Part shown: positions 7,110 through 14,919 of the stretch, one piece after another | Position numbering within the stretch: the first letter of the stretch is position 1 | Layout: each line of letters begins with the position of its first letter | IMG/VR virus record: IMGVR_UViG_3300042379_000679 | Length of the DNA stretch: 48,663 nucleotides | From: a virus | Strand: one strand, 5' to 3' | The notes under the pieces: generated by a model | Database searches by the model: none | What the model was told of the DNA's origin: nothing | Seen by the model: the letters and a program-made list of their open reading frames with translations, nothing else | Program-made: the position numbers and the translations under genes

Positions 7110-7372
7110 GCGAGGCTGAACAGCTAGAAATCGTCATCAGAAACCTTGAGACGAGGCTTGATATCGCCCGCAAGAACCTTGACAAATTGAACGTAGGCCC
7201 GATGACATCACCTGAGAAAGAACTACTAACACCAGAAGTCGTTGATGGATGGAAACGTGTTGCAACCGCGCAACTGGAGAACTATCGGGAACGAATTGTC
7301 ATTCCCACAACTCTTTTACTCGCCATGATCAACAAGATTCAGGCCAACGAGGCTAAAAATGAACATGGTTGA
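7106..7372 (+). CDS. Hypothetical protein (88 aa) ending in the RERIVIPTTLLLAM segment
   Basis: The ATG at 7106 lies 8 nt after GGGAG and forms an ATGA overlap with the upstream stop. Confidence 0.65.
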   Translation: MSEAEQLEIVIRNLETRLDIARKNLDKLNVGPMTSPEKELLTPEVVDGWKRVATAQLENYRERIVIPTTLLLAMINKIQANEAKNEHG

Positions 7373-7559
7373 ACGGACAATCGTCTACGGTATTCCGGCT
7401 GATTTCTATACAGTCGAAGAGACAAAGCTGTTGATGGACGATATCATCGGTCGAAAAAAACTTGATCAGGATAAGTGGGCTGAGATTATCAGGGATGCTC
7501 GCTCGAGAATGGCCGAAAAAGAAAAACCGAATCTCCCCTTGCGCCCTGATCATCCATGA
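7359..7559 (+). CDS. Hypothetical protein (66 aa)
   Basis: Operon context. Confidence 0.55.
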   Translation: MNMVERTIVYGIPADFYTVEETKLLMDDIIGRKKLDQDKWAEIIRDARSRMAEKEKPNLPLRPDHP

Positions 7560-7601
7560 GATAGAATTCATCCGTCCCTTAACACTCGAAAGGATAGAGA
7601 A

Positions 7602-7874
7602 ATGTCATACGAAGATGAGATCGAAGATAACGAAGAGTCGGAAAACGGATTTAATGTCCCTCGCTTCGATGAGGCTGAAACAGAAGAGTACATGACGATC
7701 TTGATCGACTCTGTTTTTACGCCCGAAAGCCTGAGGAAACTGGGCTTTTTAGCCTTGGAAGACCTGAGGGAGCAGTACAAAAAGGCGGGTGAATGGCCCA
7801 ACTGTGAGCTAAGACAGGGAGAAGACTTCGGGAAAAGATTGCTCAATCAAATCGCCTGGAAAATGAACATCTGA
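7602..7874 (+). CDS. Hypothetical strongly acidic protein (90 aa)
   Basis: AAGGA upstream. The N-terminus is MSYEDEIEDNEESENG. It is the last gene before the terminator. Confidence 0.65.
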   Translation: MSYEDEIEDNEESENGFNVPRFDEAETEEYMTILIDSVFTPESLRKLGFLALEDLREQYKKAGEWPNCELRQGEDFGKRLLNQIAWKMNI

Positions 7875-7944
7875 CTTGTCAGATCCTAATTTTGCGTGTA
7901 CAATATTTGCTCAGTCCTGGTCACGGACGATCAGAATCCATCAG

Positions 7945-7979
7945 CCCCTTGAGCTTGTTGCTTGAGGGGTCTTTTTTTT
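7945..7979 (+). terminator. Rho-independent terminator of the rightward early operon
   Basis: 10-bp stem CCCCTTGAGC/GCTTGAGGGG (two G-U pairs) with loop TTGTT, followed by T8. Confidence 0.8.
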
Positions 7980-8337
7980 AATACTGCACATCGATTTCAC
8001 GCACAGAATACGGGTAACAGCCTCTCGGAGGTAATCTCCTGACAAAGTTACCCACATTGACCTGTTCGTCGTCCGTAGGTGGCTTTACAGGCTCGCTATT
8101 GGCAATCCCTGCCATCTTGTTTCTACGCTTGATCTCAGCAGCAAAAGCTCTTGCCCCAGGCATCCCTAGCGACTTTTTAATTTTTGCTTTCCTGCACTCC
8201 TTGCAAACAACAGCCGAGTTTCCCGCCAAAGCCTCCTTGTCATTATTGACAATAGAGACAGTGACGGTTAAGTCGTTGATCCCACAGTAGATGCAGGAGC
8301 GTTTATCACGCCCCACAATGGTTATCCAGTTTGTCAC
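7978..8337 (-). CDS. Zinc-finger protein, degenerate HNH-like (119 aa, GTG start)
   Basis: CIYCG...(28 aa)...CKECRKAK resembles the CxxC...CxxC frame of HNH nucleases but lacks the D-H catalytic pair. The GTG start overlaps the stop of the frame-B ORF 8334..9032. Confidence 0.55.
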   Translation of the reverse strand: MTNWITIVGRDKRSCIYCGINDLTVTVSIVNNDKEALAGNSAVVCKECRKAKIKKSLGMPGARAFAAEIKRRNKMAGIANSEPVKPPTDDEQVNVGNFVRRLPPRGCYPYSVREIDVQY

Positions 8338-8466
8338 GATTCGATCCTTCTTCCAAGCATCACGCCGTCGATTTCAACGTATTCAAATTCATCCTGAGTT
8401 GGGCCAGGCATCAGGCAATCCTCGGCATAGTCAACGCCGCATGGGCAATTCCCATCCTCATCGCAA

Positions 8467-9300
8467 TCAACTGAGAAGATCACGGGCAACCATGGGTTCT
8501 CTGGTAACGGTGTTCCGAAGTGATTGTTCAAGTATTTTCCATGCTGTTGCTGCCACAACCGGAACCTGACCGTTCCCAAGGGCTTTAAGCCTTCCCACCC
8601 TATCGGCCACCCCATGATCCAACCGACCCACAGAGGGTTCAGCTGACCACCAGTCTTGGATTCCTCTCTCTCTCTCTCTCTCTCTCTCGCAAAGACCTGT
8701 CTGGGCAGTTGGTCCAGCCGATTCCGTACAGTCCCGTCCTTGTTGATCGATGTGGTCTTCTGACCCGCAGTATCCTTCCAGTCCCGGCTGTTGGGAGTGA
8801 CCCACTTCTCTTTCGCACAAGATCCAGATGCGTTTTCTGAGGTGGTTAGCTCCACAGTCGGCAGCAGATAACACTGTCCACGCCGCATCAAACCCGAGGT
8901 CGGCCATTTCTCCGAGAACTCTGTCGAGTCCTCTTGAGGTAAGGGCTGGGACGTTTTCCAGGAAAACGAATCGGGGTTCCACTTCGCGAATGACTCGAAC
9001 GGCTTCAAAGAAGAGCGATGATTTTTCGCCATGTATACCTTCCCCCTTGCCAGCCAGACTGATGTCCGTGCAAGGAAATCCGGCAGCGATCACATCCACG
9101 TAGTTTCGCCAGCCTGTTGCGTCAAAGGTCTTTATGTCATCGTGGATATGCATCTCGGGGAGGAACCCATCGGCAATCCTCTGAGCCAGCACCTTGCGGC
9201 AATATGGATCAATCTCCACAGCACAAACAGGCGTATGCCCCAGTAGTAATCCACCAAGGATTCCTCCACCAGCCCCAGCAAATAGATGCATTTCCCGCAT
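8467..9300 (-). CDS. DNA (cytosine-5) methyltransferase
   Basis: Motifs: FAGAGGG (I), GFPCTDIS (IV), ENV (VI), RKRIWIL (VIII), then WWSAEPSVGRL...RLKALGNGQVP (X). GGAG lies 6 nt upstream of the ATG at 9300. Confidence 0.85.
   Translation of the reverse strand: MREMHLFAGAGGGILGGLLLGHTPVCAVEIDPYCRKVLAQRIADGFLPEMHIHDDIKTFDATGWRNYVDVIAAGFPCTDISLAGKGEGIHGEKSSLFFEAVRVIREVEPRFVFLENVPALTSRGLDRVLGEMADLGFDAAWTVLSAADCGANHLRKRIWILCEREVGHSQQPGLEGYCGSEDHIDQQGRDCTESAGPTAQTGLCERERERERGIQDWWSAEPSVGRLDHGVADRVGRLKALGNGQVPVVAATAWKILEQSLRNTVTREPMVARDLLS
8664..8688. repeat. (CT)12/(GA)12 dinucleotide microsatellite inside the methyltransferase gene
   Basis: 25 nt of perfect alternating CT. It encodes ERERERER in the methyltransferase frame. 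Confidence 0.97.
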
Positions 9301-9354
9301 GTGACACTCCAGTAGACCCTGTAAATATGTCAACGCAGAATATCATAATACATG

Positions 9355-10635
9355 TCAAACAGCAATCACTCTTCTCATATTACCGCATAAATGCGTGTAA
9401 CCTAACGAGATACTATCCACGCAGTCGTCATGTACATCCGCAGGAGTCCCAGTAAAGGAATCGATCTCCTCGAAGCATGCATCCGTCCAGCCACCAAGAA
9501 CATAGAAAATGTTTCCAGCTGATGCCGCGCGGCTAAAAGGGACTGCCCTTGTCAATTTGTTTGACCCAGGTGAACTCCAGGCAACACGCCTTCCGGCCAG
9601 ATTCTTCAGTTGATGCTGCAACAACCGCTTCCCAGCCGAGCCAGGCTCAACCTCAATTACAATCGTTGTTCCAGGTCCATCCTCATCCGATGTTTGCGAG
9701 ATTTTTGGATCAACGTCCTCAGCCGAATATTGCTGGCGAATCTGGTCAAAGATGATCACCTTCTCTGTCCCTGGAATCAGGCCCATCAGAGTCCCAACCG
9801 TGTAATCCGACCTTCGGCCCACAGTCGCAGCACAGTCCCAACTTCGGCACATAATGAGCCTCTCGGGTATCGGTCCTTGCCATGGTCTGATCCACGATGA
9901 CTTCATCAAAGCCCCGTCCGTATCGCAAAACAGCCCTTCAACTTCCTGTTTGTAGAAAGCCCCATCATAAGCAGCCTTAAGGCTTTGCACGAAGAAGTCA
10001 GGGTTGAACGTGTTGGAATATGATGGAGCATGGATCATCTCAGCAATGCCAGCCTGGATGGCTCGGTATTCCCACCTGTTTTTCCCTCGAGGGGTAAAAG
10101 TTGCCCATAACTTACCGGGATTCTTTCTTAAGCGGCCCAGCAGAACTTTATAGGTATCTTCATCGCAAAAGCTGGCCTCATCCATGTACACAGCCCCAGC
10201 ATTAGTCCCCCGCAGCCTGTCCGGCTTATCCGCAGATCTCCACAAAATTGTCCGGTCACCTTTGACCTTCGTTTCCATATCCGTTTTGTTGTGGCTCATG
10301 ATCAGGCCAGACTGACCGTAAAGCTCTTCAAACATACGGAACGTGGAGTCTTTGAGGATCGTAAAAGTCGGTGCAACGACAATCGTGAGCGTCCCTTTAG
10401 GCTGGTTCATAATCTCGATCACGCCAGCACGAGTCTTCCCAGCACCAACCCCACCCACAAAAAATTTCTGCTTCGATGGAGAGACCCAGAACTGCAACTG
10501 CTGTGGAGTAAAGGTACTTACATTATGTATCTGACGACGACCCGTCTTCTCCTTCCGAAGCTGCGAGAACAGGGAGTTCTGATTCATTCGTTCCAGCCGG
10601 AAGTCGTCCTGATCCATCGACATATTTTTTGACAT
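9355..10635 (-). CDS. terL: Terminase large subunit
   Basis: Walker A GGVGAGKT and Walker B VYMDEA. The C-terminal nuclease-type region reads SWDCAAT...DYTV...HDDCVDS. The ORF is trimmed to the ATG at 10635 (GGGGAA upstream). Confidence 0.9.
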   Translation of the reverse strand: MSKNMSMDQDDFRLERMNQNSLFSQLRKEKTGRRQIHNVSTFTPQQLQFWVSPSKQKFFVGGVGAGKTRAGVIEIMNQPKGTLTIVVAPTFTILKDSTFRMFEELYGQSGLIMSHNKTDMETKVKGDRTILWRSADKPDRLRGTNAGAVYMDEASFCDEDTYKVLLGRLRKNPGKLWATFTPRGKNRWEYRAIQAGIAEMIHAPSYSNTFNPDFFVQSLKAAYDGAFYKQEVEGLFCDTDGALMKSSWIRPWQGPIPERLIMCRSWDCAATVGRRSDYTVGTLMGLIPGTEKVIIFDQIRQQYSAEDVDPKISQTSDEDGPGTTIVIEVEPGSAGKRLLQHQLKNLAGRRVAWSSPGSNKLTRAVPFSRAASAGNIFYVLGGWTDACFEEIDSFTGTPADVHDDCVDSISLGYTHLCGNMRRVIAV

Positions 10636-11290
10636 TTTCGTTCCCCTGGTACTGCCTCGAGAGTTCTGAACTAATTTCTGCCAGCGTTTTCCCTGCGATT
10701 CGCTGCTCAACCTGGTCGTTCGACATCTGCCTGTCCCAGAACTGCAACTTGACCTCAGGTTTGGCGAATTCCATACCCCTGGTACGCTCAAGCCACCATG
10801 CCGCAGGAATCCAGTTCCCCTTCTTGGCTGCGTCCAGGATCACGTTTACACAAAGGTCTCGAGTCGCGTTCTGGGCATTATCAAAATCTATTTTTCGCTG
10901 TGGGTTCTTCTTCATGTACAGCCAGAGCGTTTTGCGATGCACGCCGATAGCTTTAGCGATTGCACTGATCTCATAACCCATCTTTGCCGACTCAATAATC
11001 TTGGCCCAGTGATTACGTATCTTCTTCTGAGGCTGATTGTTAGCCAATCCCTTGCGAGTCAGGAACGCCGGCTTCGTCGTCATCAATTCCAGATTGGCTT
11101 CAACGTCATCACTAAAGTCGTAACGAGTATCAAGATTAGGAACCTTAACAGACTTCTTGGGCTTAACTTTAGGAGTAGGCTCGACTTCGGTTTCGGTTTC
11201 GATCTCGGCTTTATGAACAGTTGTTTTCGGTGGTCGTCCACGCTTTTTAGGCGTTTCGCCGGATTCAGATGGGGCTGATTTCTTTGCCAT
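10523..11290 (-). CDS. terS: Terminase small subunit (HTH-containing)
   Basis: It lies directly upstream of terL. HTH segment ISAIAKAIGVHRKTLWLYMK, an AAWWLER motif and a basic N-terminus. The ORF is trimmed to the MAKKS start at 11290. Confidence 0.65.
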   Translation of the reverse strand: MAKKSAPSESGETPKKRGRPPKTTVHKAEIETETEVEPTPKVKPKKSVKVPNLDTRYDFSDDVEANLELMTTKPAFLTRKGLANNQPQKKIRNHWAKIIESAKMGYEISAIAKAIGVHRKTLWLYMKKNPQRKIDFDNAQNATRDLCVNVILDAAKKGNWIPAAWWLERTRGMEFAKPEVKLQFWDRQMSNDQVEQRIAGKTLAEISSELSRQYQGNENVKKYVDGSGRLPAGTNESELPVLAASEGEDGSSSDT

Positions 11291-11462
11291 AATTGCTTGT
11301 CGCTTCCTCGATGGAGTCGGGTTCCAGCGTCTGTTCAATAATGTCCACAACGATTTCCGGCACAGCACCCATTTCCGCTCCAGCAGCGATATAGAGTGCC
11401 ATTTCGACAGGGTCAATCACCCTATCAGGCTCGACAACGAGAACAGATAAGCATTCATTCAT
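11265..11462 (-). CDS. Hypothetical acidic protein (65 aa), possibly on a leaderless mRNA
   Basis: First ORF after the divergent promoter. The ATG lies 6 nt after the -10 box, with no SD. Confidence 0.4.
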   Translation of the reverse strand: MNECLSVLVVEPDRVIDPVEMALYIAAGAEMGAVPEIVVDIIEQTLEPDSIEEATSNYGKEISPI

Positions 11463-11468
11463 ATGTAT

Positions 11469-11497
11469 ATATTAACATGTTATGTCGATATAGGCAA
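11469..11497 (-). promoter_or_regulatory. Candidate promoter of the terminase operon
   Basis: The minus strand reads TTGCCT-17 nt-TAATAT. TATGTCGATA lies in the spacer. Confidence 0.4.
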
Positions 11498-11520
11498 TCT
11501 AAATCGTGTTACTTTTTGTG

Positions 11521-11549
11521 TTGACATATTCTGTGGAATTGTGTACATT
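11521..11549 (+). promoter_or_regulatory. Promoter of the tRNA and exonuclease unit
   Basis: GTTGACA-17 nt-TACATT. Confidence 0.55.
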
Positions 11550-11575
11550 TATGCCATCGGACGTTACGTCTGGTT

Positions 11576-11647
11576 CCACGGGTCGCCACATGGGTAGGCA
11601 AAAGGCTCAAGGGCTTTCGGATGCAGGTTCAAATCCTGTCCCGTGGA
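11576..11647 (+). tRNA. tRNA with an atypical anticodon arm. Anticodon CAA if a 7-nt loop is assumed; identity uncertain.
   Basis: - Acceptor stem: perfect 7 bp, CCACGGG/CCCGTGG, with U8.
- D arm: GCC/GGC, with GG in the loop.
- T arm: GCAGG-TTCAAAT-CCTGT.
- Variable region: 5 nt.
- Anticodon stem: AAAG[G]/[G]CTTT, with a G-G at 31:39 and loop CTCAAGG. Confidence 0.6.
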
Positions 11648-11676
11648 TTGGCTGCCAGGTCGCATACTTCTTCGGT

Positions 11677-12621
11677 ATGATCCTCAAGACACGCTCGGCC
11701 TGGTTCAGCCTTCAAATCCTAAAGATCCTCCCTACCCATGGAAGGGGAATCTCTAAGGACTGCCACTTGCAACGTCATCACTACCTCGGTGCTTCAGAAA
11801 TTGCCTGTATTTTAGGCATCTCGCCATTTGGCGACAAATTTAAAGTCTGGTATGGAAAAACCCATCCAAGAGAATTCGATTCAACCCCGACAGGCAAGAT
11901 GCAACTGGGGCTTGATACGGAAGACTTCGTTCTCACCCAGTTTGAAAAGCGGTTTAATACAACCGTCACTCGCAAACAAGAGCGGATGCGTCACTGGCTG
12001 GAAGACTGGGCTGGTTGCACTCTTGACGGTATGGCCGTTGTAAACGGCGAGAAAGCCGTGATTGAAGCCAAGACAATTGGCACATCCATTTACAACACGC
12101 CTCCCGATTACTACGTCATCCAGGTGCTTTGGCAGCAGTGGGTTGCTGGCGTTGATCAAGGTTATCTGGTCGTCTGGTCCACCAAAGATCTTGCGTTTGA
12201 ATCCTATCCGATCCATATTGCAGATCACCAGGCCAAATTGACTGAAGCTGTTCAGGCCGGAAAAGAATTCTGGATGAACCACGTTGTAACCGAAATCCCC
12301 CCGGAACGAAATACAACTGAACGTCAAGACAAAGAATTACCGGAAGATCTTCTCGAAGAATATTGCCATGTCCAGGACCAGATCAAAGATCTCACCGTCA
12401 GGAAAGATATTCTTCGCCAGCAAATCGTCGAAGCCATGGGTTGTCCTAGCGAATTGAAAAGCCAGTCTTCAAAATACCAGCTTGACATCACAACGACACA
12501 GACCAAACGATTGAATTCCAAAAAACTGGAGAGTGACAATCCAGAACTCGTGCAAAATTATTTTGAAACCTCGAGCAGTCAAAGGGTAGTTGCCAAAAGA
12601 TTATCTGCTCGAATTTCCTGA
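11677..12621 (+). CDS. YqaJ/lambda-exonuclease-like PD-(D/E)XK recombination nuclease
   Basis: LGASEIACILGISPFGDKFKVW (YqaJ N-terminal motif) and CTLDGMAV...AVIEAKT (D...ExK). The start is uncertain: ATG 11677, or the TTG near 11769 with AAGGA upstream. The track ORF start at 11506 runs through the tRNA. Confidence 0.8.
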   Translation: MILKTRSAWFSLQILKILPTHGRGISKDCHLQRHHYLGASEIACILGISPFGDKFKVWYGKTHPREFDSTPTGKMQLGLDTEDFVLTQFEKRFNTTVTRKQERMRHWLEDWAGCTLDGMAVVNGEKAVIEAKTIGTSIYNTPPDYYVIQVLWQQWVAGVDQGYLVVWSTKDLAFESYPIHIADHQAKLTEAVQAGKEFWMNHVVTEIPPERNTTERQDKELPEDLLEEYCHVQDQIKDLTVRKDILRQQIVEAMGCPSELKSQSSKYQLDITTTQTKRLNSKKLESDNPELVQNYFETSSSQRVVAKRLSARIS

Positions 12622-13020
12622 TTTGATTTTGAAGGCCTTCTTAAACAAGTCCATCGCTTTAGGCTGACCTTTGACAGGGTTGGCCTTTTCTGTTTCTGTG
12701 GGCATATCCATGGCATGCGTATTGATCACGCAGTTTTCCCAAGGTCGTAGCTGCACGGTTGGAGCAGTAGCCGCTGGCTGAACAATCGCTTTTGAACCTG
12801 GAACAAGTTTACGAATTTCAGTCTCTGTTGCTGTTCCGTACCTCTCAGTCATCGCCGAAACAATCACATCGTTGATCGTTGTTCTGCCTTCCATGGAAAT
12901 CAACTTTAATTTAGCCCATAGAGCTTCCGGCATAATAATAGAGGCCCGCCGTGAGGCAGACCTCCTTCCGGTTGGATGATTATTCTTCTTGTACTTCTTG
13001 TCTGCTGGCTTCTGAGTCAT
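12601..13020 (-). CDS. Ribbon-helix-helix (CopG/Arc-like) DNA-binding protein
   Basis: RRASIIMPEALWAKLKLISMEGRTTINDVIVSAMTERY fits a strand-helix-helix pattern. AAGGGA lies upstream of the ATG at 13020. Confidence 0.6.
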   Translation of the reverse strand: MTQKPADKKYKKNNHPTGRRSASRRASIIMPEALWAKLKLISMEGRTTINDVIVSAMTERYGTATETEIRKLVPGSKAIVQPAATAPTVQLRPWENCVINTHAMDMPTETEKANPVKGQPKAMDLFKKAFKIKSGNSSR

Positions 13021-13076
13021 GTATCTATCCCTTAGAGAAGAGAATCCATTCTCACAAACCAGTCCATTGAAGTCAA

Positions 13077-13547
13077 TCACGCAGCCAGTACTGGGTTACG
13101 GATTAGAGCGATCATGTCAAGTGCGGCTTCTGTGAGGCTCACAGGTTCATACTCTAAGTCATCGCTCAAACTACCGTCCATGTGCATCAATCGCCCATCG
13201 GAAGTCGGTATCAGCCAGTTACCATCACCGTAAGCGACTTCATCAGGAGATCTTAAGTAAGCCTTTATCCAAGCACAAGGCAGAGAGTCATCGACAAAGT
13301 TGCCCACCAGAGCCAGAGCGAAATCCTTGGGACAAGGTTCACCCTCTCTCCAGTTCGACCAGGTCGAAACAACACGAGAATCATTAACAATTTCAAGGCC
13401 CATACCGAAGCTAAGAGTAGACATACGAACACTTTCTATCCTACCGAAGGTGCAAATAGGTATCGCCAGACCAAACAAACACCCATCGTGAGTGAAAGAG
13501 CTTGATCTGCGCGGATGTATACTACTGAACATCGAGACACTAGTCAA
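13077..13547 (-). CDS. Hypothetical protein (up to 156 aa; start uncertain)
   Basis: An ORF downstream of int on the same strand with no recognisable motif. An alternative start is at 13424. Confidence 0.5.
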   Translation of the reverse strand: MTSVSMFSSIHPRRSSSFTHDGCLFGLAIPICTFGRIESVRMSTLSFGMGLEIVNDSRVVSTWSNWREGEPCPKDFALALVGNFVDDSLPCAWIKAYLRSPDEVAYGDGNWLIPTSDGRLMHMDGSLSDDLEYEPVSLTEAALDMIALIRNPVLAA

Positions 13548-13670
13548 GAGCTAAAGAGTGGGTATCAGGAAAAAGCTCTAAAACATTCCGTTTCTGCCAT
13601 TCCTGACCACCCTAACCTCTTTTACTTCATATTGTTAACGCGATTGCGAATTTTCGCTTCCTGCCATGGG

Positions 13671-14702
13671 TCAAGCTGGCTTAACCAGCCCCTTCGCTTT
13701 CATCGCCGACTCAGCCATGTACTCCTTGTCCTGGTGAACCTGTGAGTAGACCTTCATGATCATGGTTACGTCCCTGTGTCCCATCAGCTTTGCCAATGTC
13801 ACAGGATCAACCCCGTTTTGCAAAGCCTGTGTGCAGTATCCTTTACGGAATGCTCCAAGGTGAATCTTGACTCCAAACTTATTGCGAAGACGAATCATCG
13901 CATCCTTTACGGAAGTCTTATTCCACGGGTTGCCCTGTGTGTTGACCATAATTGGCCCCTCAGAGCGTCTCTTGGCATAATCCGACAGAATCTCCATGGC
14001 TCGATCCGATGCGATGTAGACCGTTCTGGCGTACTTCTTGCCCTTGGCCTCTGCCGCAGGGAACACGATCATTCGCTCATCCTTACGGAAGTGCCGAGCC
14101 TCGATCAGGACCAGTTCCTGAGGTCGCATACCTGTATCCCAGGCAAGAATCATAAGATCCTTAAGCGGAGACTCAGGGATGTTGGACTCGATAAACGACC
14201 ACTGCTCAGGCGTTATGTAATCTTCTCGGGCTTCAGGAGAACACTTTTCAAGATGCTCCACTGGGTCAGTCTCGATCAGCCTGTTTTTTTTGGCCCAGCT
14301 AAATAGCCTTTTGATAGCCCGTGCGAAGTTGTAACGGCTGTTGGCCTTCCATGTCCGCTGGCTGGAAATCATAAGAGAAATCTGGCTCAAGCTGACATTC
14401 TCTGCCACCGTATCTCCTTTCACGTACTGGGCTAACTTATCAAAATACATACCATACCACTGCCACGTTCGCTCGGAACGAGACGTTTTCATCTCCTCAA
14501 TGAAGGCATCACAGATGGTTTTGACCGTTGGCTTGTTCGATTCCTCAGGAACCCCACCAGCCATGATCAAGTGCCATTTGGCCCAAGATTCTGCCTTGCT
14601 TTCTGCCAACTTTATCTGCCGCTTACCAACTTGTAAGTACCACGCTCTACGTGATTTACGGTAGAACGGTTCATTTCGCGATTCCATAGCTTGTACTCGC
14701 AT
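13671..14702 (-). CDS. int: Tyrosine-recombinase phage integrase
   Basis: Box I DTGMRPQEL, HLGAFRKGYCT (H-x-x-R) and LMGHRDVTMIMKVYSQV (H...Y). It lies adjacent to the tRNA-derived attP. Confidence 0.9.
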   Translation of the reverse strand: MRVQAMESRNEPFYRKSRRAWYLQVGKRQIKLAESKAESWAKWHLIMAGGVPEESNKPTVKTICDAFIEEMKTSRSERTWQWYGMYFDKLAQYVKGDTVAENVSLSQISLMISSQRTWKANSRYNFARAIKRLFSWAKKNRLIETDPVEHLEKCSPEAREDYITPEQWSFIESNIPESPLKDLMILAWDTGMRPQELVLIEARHFRKDERMIVFPAAEAKGKKYARTVYIASDRAMEILSDYAKRRSEGPIMVNTQGNPWNKTSVKDAMIRLRNKFGVKIHLGAFRKGYCTQALQNGVDPVTLAKLMGHRDVTMIMKVYSQVHQDKEYMAESAMKAKGLVKPA

Positions 14703-14776
14703 TTACTGCCAGTACAACAGAATATAGCCGTTTACGAACTCTAACGTCTCGCTGTAAGTTCTTATTGTCTAAGGAA

Positions 14777-14819
14777 TGGAGACGATCGGGATCGAACCGA
14801 CAACCCCCTGCTTGCAAAG
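14777..14819 (-). other. attP core: 3' portion of a tRNA-Ala(UGC) gene, from the anticodon loop to the discriminator
   Basis: The minus strand reads TTTGCAA-GCAGG-GGGTT-GTCGG-TTCGATC-CCGAT-CGTCTCC-A. U70 and A73 match Ala identity. No matching 5' half (GGGGACG...) is found upstream. Confidence 0.75.
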
Positions 14820-14919
14820 CTGAGGGCAAACTGTTGTACTGTATGGGTTTAGGTCATTTTCATCCCGCCGAACAGCTCGACGGGACAAGAGTGAATTTAG
14901 ACTTCCGACCACCTGACTG

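Noticed and set aside
8334-9032. Frame-B ORF as an independent 232-aa gene
   Set aside because: Its N-terminal two thirds overlap the methylase catalytic domain, which is clearly read in frame A, and there is no start signal. It is retained only as part of the microsatellite finding. A short independent ORF near 8334-8483 remains possible.
11506-11676. N-terminal extension of the exonuclease ORF (track start 11506)
   Set aside because: It would run through the promoter and the tRNA. The YqaJ homology begins near residue 85 of the track ORF.
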